From: the human T2T-CHM13v2.0 reference genome, Homo sapiens | DNA: 64,000 nucleotides | Assembly (NCBI RefSeq): GCF_009914755.1 | Contig: NC_060940.1 | Strand: one strand, 5' to 3' | In this document: one piece after another, positions 31,071 to 42,944 of the stretch | How the letters are laid out: each line of letters begins with the position of its first letter | Numbering within the stretch: position 1 is the stretch's first letter | Program-made: the position numbers and the translations under genes | Notes under the pieces: model-generated | The model's input: the letters and a program-made list of their open reading frames with translations, nothing else | What the model was told of the DNA's origin: nothing | The model's database searches: none

Positions 31071-34000
31071 TTGGCTGGCTTGGCTGGCTTGGTTGGCTGT
31101 GTGGCTTGGCTGGCTTGGCTGGCTGGCTGGCTTGGCTGGCTTGGCTGGTTGGCTGGCTTGGCTGCATGGCTGGCTTTGGCTGGGTGGCTTTGCTGGCTTG
31201 GCTGGCTGGGTGGCTTGGCTGGCTTGGCTGGTTGGCTGGCTGGGTGGCTTGGCTGGCTTGGGTGGCTCTGTGGCTTGGCTGGCTGGGCTGCCTGGCTTGG
31301 CGGCTTGGGTGGCTTGGCTCGCTTGGGTGGCTTTGCTGGCTGGCTTGGCTGGCTTGGCTGGCTTTCCTGGCTGGCTGGCTTGGCCGGCTTGGCTGCCTGG
31401 CTGGCTTGGCTGGCTTGGCTGGCTGGCTTTGGCTGGGTGGTTTGGCTGGCTTGGCGGGCTGGGTGGCTTGGCTGGCTTGGCCGGCTGGGTGTCTTGGCTG
31501 GCTTGGCTAGCTTGTCCGGCTGGGTGGCTTGGCTGCCTTGGCCGGCTGGATTTCTTGGCTGGCTTGACTGGCTGGCTGGCTTGGCTGGCATGGCTGGCTG
31601 GCTGGCTAGGCTGGCTTGGATCGCTGGCTGGTTTGGCTGGGAGGCTTGGCTGCCTTGGCTGGCTGGGTGGCTTGGCTGGCTTGGCTGGCCTGGGTGGCTG
31701 GGTGGCTTGGCTTGCCTGGCTGTCTGGCTGGCTTGGCTGGCTGGCTGGCTTTGGCTGGGTGGCTTGGCTGGTTTGGCTGGCTGGCTGGCTTGGCTGGCTG
31801 CCTGGCTGGCTTGGCTGTCTTGGCTGACTGGCTGGCTTGACTGCCTGGCTGGCTTTGGCTGGGTGGCTTGGCTGGCTTGGATGGCTTGGCTGGCTTGGCC
31901 GGCTGTGCTGGCTTGGCTGGCTTGGCTGGCTGGCTGACTGGGTGGCTTGGCTGGCTGGCTGGCTTGGCTGGCTTGGCTGGCTGGATGGCTTGGCTGGCTT
32001 GGCTGGCTGGCTGGCTTCACTGGCTTGGCTGGCTGGGTGGCTTGGCTGGCTTGGCTTGCTGGCTGGCTAGGCTGGCTGGCTTTGGCTGGGAGGCTTGGCT
32101 GCCTTGGCTGGCTGGGTGGCTTGGCGGGCTTGGCTGGCCTTGCTGGCTGGGTGGCTTGGCTGGCCTGGCTGGCTGGCTGGCATGGCTGGCTGGCTGGCTT
32201 TGGCTGGGTGGCTTGGCTGGCTTGGCTGGCTTGGTTGGCTGGCAGGCTTGGCTGGCTGGCTGGCTTGGCTGGCTTGGTTGGCTGTGTGGCTTGGCTGGCT
32301 TGGCTGGCTGGCTGGCTTGGCTGGCTTGGTTGGCTGTGTGGCTTGGCTGGCTTGGCTGGCTGGCCGGCTTGGCTGGCTTGGCTGGTTGGCTGGCTTGGCT
32401 GCATGGCTGGCTTTGGCTGGGTGGCTTTGCTGGCTTGGCTGGCTGGGTGGCTTGGCTGGCTTGGCTGGTTGGCTGGCTGGGTGGCTTGGCTGGCTTGGCT
32501 CGCTGGGTGGCTTGGCTGGCTTGGGTGGCTCTGTGGCTTGGCTGGCTGGGCTGCCTGGGTGGCTTGGCTGGCTGGCTTGGCGGCTTGGGTGGCTTGGCTC
32601 GCTTGGGTTGCTTTGCTGGCTGGCTCGGCTGGCTTGGCTGGCTTGCCTGGCTGGCTGGCTTGGCCGGCTTGGCTGCCTGGCTGGCTTGGCTGGCTTGGCT
32701 GGCTGGCTTTGGCTGGGTGGTTTGGCTGGCTTGGCGGGCTGGGTGGCTTGGCTGGCTTGGCCGGCTGGGTGTCTTGGCTGGCTTGGCTAGCTTGTCCGGC
32801 TGGGTGGCTTGGCTGCCTTGGCCGGCTGGATTTCTTGGCTGGCTTGACTGGCTGGCTGGCTTGGCTGGCATGGCTGGCTGGCTGGCTAGGCTGGCTTGGA
32901 TCGCTGGCTGGCTTTGGCTGGGAGGCTTGGCTGCCTTGGCTGGCTGGGTGGATTGGCTGGCTTGGCTGGCCTGGGTGCCTGGGTGGCTTGGCTTGCCTGG
33001 CTGTCTGGCTGGCTTGGCTGGCTGGCTGGCTTTGGCTGGGTGGCTTGGCTGGCTTGGCTGGCTGGCAGGCTTGGCTGGCTAGCTGGCTTGGCTGGCTTGG
33101 CTGGCTGTGTGGCTTGGCTGGCTTGGCTGGCTGGCTGGCTTGGCTGGCTGCCTGGCTGGCTTGGCTGTCTTGGCTGACTGTCTGGCTTGACTGCCTGGCT
33201 GGCTTTGGCTGGGTGGCTTGGCTGGCTTGGCTGGCTGGGTGGCTTGGCTGGCTTGGATGGCTTGGCTGGCTTGGCTGGCTGTGCTGGCTTGGCTGGCTTG
33301 GCTGGCTGGCTGACTGGGTGGCTTGGCTGGCTGGCTGGCTTGGCTGGCTTGGCTGGCTGGATGGCTTGGTTGGCTTGGCTGGCTGGCTGGCTTCACTGGC
33401 TTGGCTGGCTGGGTGGCTTGGCTGGCTTGGCTGGCTTGGCTGGCTTGGCTCGCTGGCTGGCTAGGCTGGCTGGCTTTGGCTGGGAGGCTTGGCTGCCTTG
33501 GCTGGCTGGGTGGCTTGGCGGGCTTGGCTGGCCTTGCTGGCTGGGTGGCTTGGCTGGCCTGGCTGGCTGGCTGGCATGGCTGGCTGGCTGGCTTGGCTGG
33601 CTTGGTTGGCTGTGTGGCTTGGCTGGCTTGGCTGGCTGGCTGGCTTGGCTGGCTGCCTGGCTGGCTTGGCCGGCTTGGCTGGCTTGGCTGGTTGGCTGGC
33701 TTGGCTGGATGGCTGGCTTTGGCTGGGTGGCTTGGCTGGCTTTGCTGGCTGGGTGGCTTGGCTGGCTTGGATGGCTTGGGCGGCTTGGCTGCCTTGGATG
33801 GCTTGTCGGCTTGGCTGGCTTGGCTGGCTGGCTGACTGGGTGGCTTGCCTGGCTGGCTGGCTTGGCTGGCTTGGCTGGATGGATGGCTTGGCTGGCTTGG
33901 CTGGCTGGCTGGCTGGCTTGGCTGGCTTGGCTGGCTGTCTGGCTGGATTGGCAGGCTTGGCTGGATGGCTGGCTTGGCTGGCTTGGCTGGCTATGTGGCT

Positions 34001-34851
34001 TGGCTGGCTTGGCTGGCTCTGTGGCTTGGCTCGCTGGGTCACTTGGCTGGCTTGGCTGGCTGGCTGGCTTTGGCTGGGTGGCTTGGCTGGCTTGGCTGGC
34101 TGGGTGGCTTGGCTGGCTTGGCTGGCTGGCTGGCTGGCTGGGTGGCGTGGATGGCTTGGCTCGCTTGGTGGCTTGGCTGGCTTGGGTGGCTCTGTGGCTT
34201 GGCTGGCTGGGCTGCCTGGGTGGCTTGGCTGGCTGCCTGGCTTCGCTGGCTGGGTGGCTGGCTGGCTTGTCTGGCTGGGTGGCTTGGCTGGCTTGGCTGG
34301 CTGGGTGGCTTGGGTGGCTTGGGTGGCTTGGATGGCTTGGCTGGCTTTGCTGGTTGGCTGGCTTGGCTGGCTTGGCGGCTTGGGTGGCTTAACTCGCTTG
34401 GGTGGCTTTGCTGGCTGTCTTTGCTGGCTTGGCTGGCTTGCCTGGCTGGCTGGCTTGGCCGGCTTGGCTGCCTGGCTGGCTTGTCTGGCTTGGCTGGCTG
34501 GTTTGGCTGGCTGGCTTGGCTGCCTGTCTGGCTGGCTTGGCTGACTGTGTGGCTTGGCTGTCTTGGCTGTCTTGGCTGGCTGGCTGGCTTGTCTGGCTGG
34601 CTGGCTGGCTTGGCTGGCTTGGCTGGGTGGCTTGGCTGGCTGGGTCGCTTGGCTGGCTTGGCTGGCTGGCTGGGTTGGCTGGCTTGGCTGGCTGGCTGGC
34701 TTTGACTTTGTGGCTTGGCTGGCTTGCCTGGCTGGGTTGGTTGGCTGGCTTGGATGGCTTGGCCGGCTGGGTGGCTTGACTGGCTTGGCTGGCTGGGCCG
34801 GCCTAGCTGGCTTGGCTGGCTGGCTGGCTTGTTTGGCTTGGCTTGGCTTGG
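31071..34851. repeat. (GGCT/GGCTT)n G/T-rich satellite, ~3.8 kb
   Basis: Continuous ggcttggctggct array, nearly devoid of A on the + strand. Confidence 0.97.
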
Positions 34852-35281
34852 CGTGTGCGGCAGCCGAGGCTGGGGCTGTGACTTCTACAGAGGTTGGCGC
34901 GACGGGGGGCATCCCTGCCCTCCCAAGGTCTGCCTGTGGGTCATGGGGAACATGGTTCGAGGCCCCTCCTGTAGCCACACAGCAGTGTGTTGCTGCGTGA
35001 GTGGTCTTGTCTGCAGGCTTTAGACTCAGCCGGGTCGTTTGTGCCACGTGGGGTCTGCGCCGCCCCAGGGGCCGCATCTCTTTCAGCCACAGGATGTGCA
35101 TCTTAGGGTTGCAGCAGGTGGGGCTCCTGTGCCATGTGGGGTCCAACCCCTTGGCCTGAGCAAGGCGGCCAGTGGGCATTGTGCTGGTGACGACCTCCGG
35201 CCTCTGTTCCTTCCCTGGCTCTGAGTCATAAAGGCCTCCCAGTCCCACCTGGGAGCCGTGTCTCCTCTAGGAACTGCTGGG

Positions 35282-35930
35282 CATGGCTGGGTCCGGTCTG
35301 CCTCATTCCTGCATCTGATGCCCAGCAGTTCTTCCCCAACTCCCCCATTCTCTATCTCCCCCTTCTCCTCCATCTCCTCCATCTCCCCCGTCCCCTCCGT
35401 CTTGCCCGTCTCCATTTCCTCCAACTCCCCCTTCTCCATGTCATGGCTGTCTAGGCTCCATCCCTCCGCAGGCTCGGTCCCCCCTCGTTCTGGGCAGGGC
35501 TCTGGGTGCCGGTCTGGTGCCAGTGCTGGGAGCCTGTGGTGCCCGTCACCCCTGCTCCACCTTGAGGAGCTGTGTCCTGTCCCACGAGGAGTTGCCCCGG
35601 GACCTCAGGGCTGCAAGCCATGGCTGGGTCCAGCTCTGCCTCATTCCTGTATCTGATGCCCCCCAGTTCTCCCCCATTTCCCCCTTCTCCATCTCCTCTG
35701 TGTCTCCCGTCTCATGGCTGTCCAAGCCCCATCCCCCACCCAGGCTGGGTCCCCTCATTCTGGGAAGCCCGTCTTGCCATGCCCATCCCTGCTGCCCCTC
35801 AGGACAGCGCTCTGGATGCCGGTCTGGTGCCAGTGCTGGGAGCCTGTGGTGCCCGTCACCCCTGCTGCACCTTGAGGAGCTGTGTCCTGTCCCACAAGGA
35901 GGTGCCCGGGGACCTCAGGGCCATGGCTGG
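35282..35930. repeat. Imperfect two-unit tandem duplication (~310-340 bp)
   Basis: catggctgggtcc...gcctcattcctg.atctgatgccc and gccggtctggtgccagtgctgggagcctgtggtgcccgtcacccctgct...gacctcagggc each occur twice. Confidence 0.85.
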
Positions 35931-36014
35931 CATCGTTGCTGTGGAGTGGCTGTCACCTTTCATGGTCATCCTGCAACAGAGCTCCTGCTGCTTCTGGGTG
36001 AACCTGGGGCTGCC

Positions 36015-36082
36015 CCCGTGAACACTCTTGGGTCTGACATGAAGGGACCCGTGAACACTCTTGGGTCTGACATGAAGGGACC
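36015..36082. repeat. Perfect 33-bp tandem duplication
   Basis: cccgtgaacactcttgggtctgacatgaaggga x2. Confidence 0.95.
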
Positions 36083-38170
36083 ATGTGAGGGAGGGGTGGG
36101 GTGGGCTGGGTCCCTGCATGGGGATCGCCAAGGGGTGATGGCCACGAAATGCCGGGGACCCAAGATTGTCATTCACAGAGGGTGAGGTGGGGATGCCAGA
36201 GGCGCCTCTGCCTGGAACACCCTGGCTTCTGTCCTAGCAGGATGCTGGACGCTGGCCACGGTGAGGGTGATGCAGGTGCTTTTCTTGTGGGGTCCCTGGC
36301 CCACCTCACACGTGAGCTCTCAGGGAAATGGACCCCCAGAACACATGGAGGGCAGGACCGCTGGGCTCTGGGTCTCCCCGCAGTGCTGCCGTCCACGAGG
36401 ACCCCCCACTTCTCCAGCAAAGGTGTGGGTGTGCACGCCCGGCCCTGGCACAGCCCAGAGCATCTGGGGCCGTGGCTGGGGAAGGACGGGGTGCTTGGGG
36501 AATGCAGTGGGTATGGGGATGTCGGAGGACACTCGGGCTGTGCAGGAGCCTCACCAGGGATGTGGGTGGGGGACGCTGTCTTTCGTTTCACAGCCCCAGG
36601 GAGGCTTCTGATGTCTCAGCCTTGAACCCTAATTGGGGGGCTCCTAGTGTCAGTGTGGGAAGCTGAGGGTCCCAGTCAGAGGTGAACCCCTCACTTCTGG
36701 CCCCTCACTCCCATGACCATGGGCTCCAGTTCATAGGTGTGTGTGAGGGGTGTCCTGAGGTGGTGTGGGGCAGACATGCTCTCCCAGATGGGCTCCCCGG
36801 AGCTTGGGGCAGGGTGGGGCCTGCAGGCTGTGGCTCCCAGTGTCACTTCCCTGCAGCAGCCACAGTCAGACTCTCCGGCCCTGCACCTGTCCTGTTGTTG
36901 GGGACCCTGACCCTTCGCAGACCCAGGTGGGGGCATCCGGGAATTCAGGGGAGCACCTGGTGACAGAGGACACCTTGGGGGCAGCAGCCATTTCCCTGGG
37001 AGGTGTGGCCAGTCTACCCACTGCCTGGAGCCCGCACCGTCTCTCCTCAGGGGTCATGGGACCACCCTGTGCATCCACCTCCTTCACAGCCACAGCTGCC
37101 AGTAGATTAACGGGGCGTGTGTGCTGCTCTTGGGGTGGTCCCGGCCCGGCCCGGCCCTGCCCTCCCCACCAAGTGCCCAGGGCCGCCCTGCCCGCCTGTG
37201 CCCTGCCCTGTAGATGCTGCCACCTCCCTTTCCTGGGGGAGCATTTTGTCTTGTGTGAGGATGGGGTCATTCCCATGGTCACCACCTGTGACCCTCCCCT
37301 GCCTGCAGAGGGAACAGAGCTGGGCCTGGGCTTATCCATGTCGGGTGCCCCTGGGGGACCTGGGGGCTCGTGGCCTCCCCTGCACACAGGGCTCCTCCTG
37401 GCGGGGCCTCCGAACCCCCTCATTTAGGTGTCGCTGCACGTGGCTCCCAGGTGTGGACGTCCCCACTCTGGCGAGGGCTCCTTCCTTCTGGGGTCGTTTG
37501 TGGAATGTGGCCTGGGTCCATGGCTCTGGGAGGGAACAGCCCAAGGGTGGGGACCCCTGGCTGGGGAGGAGGCCCCGCAGAGAGGCCCAGACTGTATCCC
37601 GATGCATCTGGCGTGGCCGCGGTCCCCCTCCAGCGCCGACGTTTGTAAATTCTGAAAGGAGCCATGCTGTGGCTGAGGGAGCCAAGCCCGTGACTGAAAA
37701 ATCCTCCAAACATTCATTCAAAAATACAAGTGTGATCGCCAGAAACGCTTTTGTACATTTACACAAAACATTCATACAGGCCATGGCGGAGGCTCCTGTC
37801 TAGGACTGGCAAGGCGCCCGGGAGCCGCCGGTCACCCTTGTGCCCACACAGACCCTTTCCAGAAAGATGCAGGCCCTGGAACTGAGGCCGGGTCAAGTCG
37901 GGAATGGCAAGTGCCGGAGGGTGTCAGTGTGGGAACCTGTCCTGTTCACGAGCGGCCCTACGTGTCCCCCGGGCACAGAGCTCTAGGCAGGTCCAGCCAC
38001 GAACCCACAGCGGCAATCAACACGCTTCTGTGAATAAATAAAAATTTATCATTCCATGCAAACACACTCATTTTCCACAAAAGACAACAGTTTTTACACA
38101 AGCGCCGGTGTCCCAGTGGTGGCCGTGGCACGTGTGGAGCGGCCCCGCAGCGGCGTTCTCATGGGTGGCG

Positions 38171-38321
38171 TCACAGTGGCTCCAGGTCCTCATCCCCGCA
38201 TGCATACTCGTACAGGTCCACGGCGCCCAGGGGTGAGGGCACCTCGAAGAAGGGCCTCTGGGCCAGCGGGGACTGCAGCGCACTCAGCTTCTGCTCCACA
38301 GGTCTGAGCTCGGCCTCGAAC
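38171..38321 (-). pseudogene. PPP2R3B: Unprocessed paralogous copy of the PPP2R3B (PP2A B'' / PR70) terminal coding exon
   Basis: - strand: cctcgttgcag|G TTC GAG GCC... gives FEAELRPVEQKLSALQSPLAQRPFFEVPSPLGAVDLYEYACGDEDLEPL*, which I recognise as the PPP2R3B C-terminus; intronic acceptor retained; no upstream PPP2R3B exons seen in the window. Confidence 0.8.
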
Positions 38322-39242
38322 CTGCAACGAGGGGATGGTGAAGACGTGGACAGCGGCGTGGAGCAGGCCCTGGGCCCTGTTTTCCGAGAAATGCAGGCTG
38401 CTCCGCAGCCAACCTCCAGCACGAGAAAGTCCCCTGAGCCGACCTTGAGCTCCAGCCGCTGACCCCGCAACAGGCTCCTGGCTGAGAAAGCCGGCTCCAC
38501 CAACGCTCCCGGGGGAGGGGCCAGCGGTGCAGGTGAAAACCTACCCAGGACGGGACGGAGCCCCAGGCATGAGGTGCACAGAGAGGAACCGGGCGGGCTC
38601 ATCTTTTCCCCAAAGCGACACGACGGTGACTCTCAGAGGGCAGCCTCTGAGCTGCAAGGGGCCTGTGTTTACACAACTGGGTCATGGTGTCTACACAGGA
38701 TTGGAGAACAAACGGGACCACGGTTTGGACAAATTCTCCCAAAGCACAGAAGCTCCTAGTGGAGGCCACCACTTCCATTCTGACCAGAACACACAGCAGT
38801 GCGAGGACTGGACGCGCACCTTCCGTTAAGGTCTCGGCAGTGACATCGGGCGCTACTCCGGGGAAACCAGCGCGGCCACCGACAACACAGTCTCATAGAG
38901 ATCCTGCAGGGACACCTCTGCTTTCCAAGATGCCCCCCACAGCCTGGCACTGAGCTCCCACTGCCGGAGCAGGCATGGACACGGTGAAGGCAGTCAACCC
39001 CAGTGTGGTGCTGGCCACTGGTCAGGTGTGGAGCAGAGGTGACAGACGGTGGTGGGGACAGGTGCATACCCATCCAGGCTATGTCTGGGGGACACAGCTG
39101 CCTCAGGGTGTCTGGCAGGAGAAGGCAGACTGGGAAGTTCTGGGGGAGTGGGGACCCAGAGGTGGGCTGCCAGGTCAGAGCCACTGTGCAAATAACTGAT
39201 CACAAGGAGGACAGACACACAGGACAGATGGCCCAGGGTAAG

Positions 39243-39620
39243 AAATTTCCTCAGGAAAGGCTCTGGTAGAGGAATCCCAGTTAGATGAACCAAAGCTTCA
39301 AATTCTACATTTTCATACATATATATATATATATATACACACACACATATACACAACTTTAGCAATAAAAAACAAGTAGACTTTAATACTCGTATACTTT
39401 ATAATTCATTTTGGAACTGCCTCATTCTCCCTTTAGCTGGTCACTGTGCACCTCGTGTTCTCAGTCTCTCCACCAAAAAAAAAATTTCCTCAGGAAAGGC
39501 TCTGAGAGAGGAATCGTAGTTAGATGAACTAAAGCTTCAAATTCTACATATATATATATATATTTAGCAGTAAAAACAAGTAGACTTTAATACTCTTATA
39601 CTTTATAATTCATTTAGGAA
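39243..39620. repeat. Imperfect direct duplication at the GC-rich/AT-rich junction
   Basis: aaatttcctcaggaaaggctctg...aaagcttcaaattctacat(TA)n...acaagtagactttaatactc.tatactttataattcattt.ggaa at ~39243-39416 and ~39482-39620. Confidence 0.9.
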
Positions 39621-42619
39621 AAGAAGGAACACCTTTGCAGCTACTCCTGCTAAGTTACCAAGAGTTTTTTCAATACTAATCTTCACAATTCATATTCAAA
39701 TACTAAGAATCCCTAATCCCTTTAAAAATACATTTGTATTTCCAATAATTTGATATAGGCTCTCAAAAAGTCATTACATTTTGAGGGTAAAATCGAAACA
39801 ACCTAAACATTAATGCCAAGTAATGAATATAATAGTTCACACATATTAAACAGTTAATTCATATGTGTAATACATTGTTACATATATACTTATACACAAA
39901 AACAAACATGTATGTGTATAAAATCTCAACAAATCCGATAAGAATTATTAGAACTAGTAATTAGACACTGTTGTTCTACTTCTGTAACCCATGATCTTAA
40001 ACCATTATAGAATAAACCTTAAAAGCAATCATTATTTTCAAAGACAATTTTGAAACTTGCCTTGTGCGAGTTAGTAAATAACTGTGCTCCTTGGTTTCCT
40101 CATCTGTTACATGGGTAGAACCTACACTGTTACATAAAGATTAGAGCAGTTAATAGATAGAATATTTTAGTATTTATAGATCTAGAATATAAAAAGGAAT
40201 TAATAAGTTTTAAGGAGAAAAAATAAGGGAAAAATAGTCTCATTTTCAAGCCTACTAAACATAAAATGTTTCTTACATTTAATTTATACATGCAGGGTAG
40301 GTCACTATACTAAAAATAAAGCACATTTAATTTGAAATTTTAGAAAGGGTAGATTGTTCTTATTTAGAGAATTGCAATACATTTTAATTTGTGAGCAGGA
40401 GGTCATGGTGTTATTTAGAAACAGTGACAAGAAACTTTTTTTGGCTATTATAAATGGAAATGGAAAAAAAGAAAGAAAAGCCAAGAGTAGTCATTTGACT
40501 CCAACAAGTAGTTTTTAAAAACTATTTCATTTGATTATCAGCTTCAGTTTCAAACGTTATATATCTGATAAACAAAACACAAAGGAAAAGCTTGATAATT
40601 AACAAAAAACTCTATAGTATCTCCTTTTTTTCATCTTTTTCCAGGTCAGATTCTTGCAAGCACTGGGAAATTAGTGTTTATTTAAGATTTAATGACAATG
40701 TTAATGCCACTGTCAATCTGTATTCTTTATCTAGAAAGGCAAATCTGATTTACATTAACCTGAACACCTTAATAACTAATTAAAATCTCAGCCTTCTGGC
40801 TAAGTTCTTAGACATTTATTCTGTTTAACTCAGCAACAAAATATTATTAGTCACTTTCTTTTGAGAAAGGTGAGTCTAATTTATTGGTACTATTTATTAC
40901 CAATACATTTTATAATCTGCAACCTAATTAGCCTTAACAAAGTATTTTGTACTCAGCATGACTCAAATATTTTACTGAACTTACTGAAAAAGAATGCTGC
41001 CATTGCATTTCCACTCTAATATACTGCAGTGATTTTGTGTTTGCACATATTTGTCCATGTCATATGTTTGCTTGAAAGAATGTAAAACAAAGAATGCATA
41101 TAGATTATTAAAGAAATCCTCCCAAATTTGTTCACATATATTAGATCCTAAAACTAAATAGGTGTTTTTTTCTGAAGTGAAATAGATTAACAGAACATAT
41201 TAACTGAAATAACTGTCCTATTATTTATAATTCTTACCAGACACATGCAATTGAGCCTATGACTGAGGATGAAGACTCTATAAAGGACATCGCTCAAGTA
41301 TACAATATGATTTTCTTTAATTTTGATCTGAAAGACTTGTTAATAGAAAGACTGAAGTTCTGTCAAACAAATTGATTACATTTCTACTGGATTTCGGAAA
41401 TACATAGCATCTGTGATAAATTAAAGTACTTAATCATCACTTATTGTCTTTAGTGTACAATTTATTATATCTCTATTTTTATACCCCTCAAAGTATTTGC
41501 AAAATTAATAGAACTTTCTTAAGAATACAGTGACTGTCCTCAAAATCCACTTAAAATTGGTAGCCTCAAATTTATATTTCATCTACTCTTCCAAAATAAT
41601 TATTGTATTGTTGGTTTTAAATCTAACATCTCACTATTTTCTATTTTATCATATGCTTTTCTGATGCATTTTTTTTTCTGCTTTATGTTGATTTTTATGA
41701 TCTTTTTTTTCTTTATTAAGTTTTAGGTGTAATTCTTTTTATTTTTGTAGTTACTTCATAGTTCATAATATGCAGCTTTAACTTATCACAGTCTACCTTC
41801 AAATGATATTACATCACTCAGACTGATTTGTGAGTACAGAGAGACTGGGCAGGGACATATATGATGAATCAGAAGCACCTGACTCTTTTAAAAGGCTCAC
41901 TAATCTTAGTAAAATAAACCCATACAGAAAATTCTTTTAAGGTGAGTAAACATGCACACACATGGCCCTTCAAGGTCATTCTGTCAGTCAGCCTTAATCC
42001 AACCCATGAGATACCAATTTGCTAGTTTATGATCATTGCCATAGAACAGTTTTTTTATTTTAAATTCTAAGTTTAAACTGAAGATTCAATGGAGGTGGAA
42101 CTAGTTTTCTTTTTGAGCAAGAAAATAACTCAATTAAATGTACTATGTCTCAAAATATGCAGTATACACACCATCATGAAAACGAGACAAGAGTAAATAA
42201 ATTATGACATCTAGAAAATTAGGTAAGACACTGTTCAATAATGAGGCAAAATAGGATGTGGATGTCACCTACGCTATCAAATAGAGAGAAATGTGGGGTT
42301 TCATCGAATAAATCTGAGGTTGAATGTATAGAACATTATTTCAAATATGTCTTGATTTGTATTTAAACTTATATCCTATAAAATCATGCAGAATATGAGG
42401 AGTCATTATCTAATTTTAAGTAGGAAAAATATGAATCAGTACTAATAATAAAAACTAATAATTTACTCAATGCCAGGCAATGTTTCTAGTGTTTTACATT
42501 TTCAGAAAACAATTATAACTGTGAAGAAAACAATTCTTCACTTTTCAAGAAAGAAAACCAAAGTAATGAGAAACTAAGTAAGTGGCCCACCCAAGGTCGT
42601 ATAGTTAAGAAATGACTAA

Positions 42620-42944
<325 letters not shown>

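Noticed and set aside
30863-35248. Long ORFs (up to 595 aa) rich in WLAG or QPSQ/PAK
   Set aside because: They are translations of the A-free GGCT satellite, open in several frames on both strands because stop codons cannot form; starts are mostly non-ATG.
38033-38043. AATAAA as the poly(A) signal of the PPP2R3B-derived exon
   Set aside because: It is on the + strand, opposite to the exon; only a GATAAA variant is in sense orientation nearby.
38322-38602. N-terminal 93 aa of the 143-aa ORF ending in the PPP2R3B C-terminus
   Set aside because: This part is intronic sequence upstream of the acceptor; only 38171-38321 is exon-derived.
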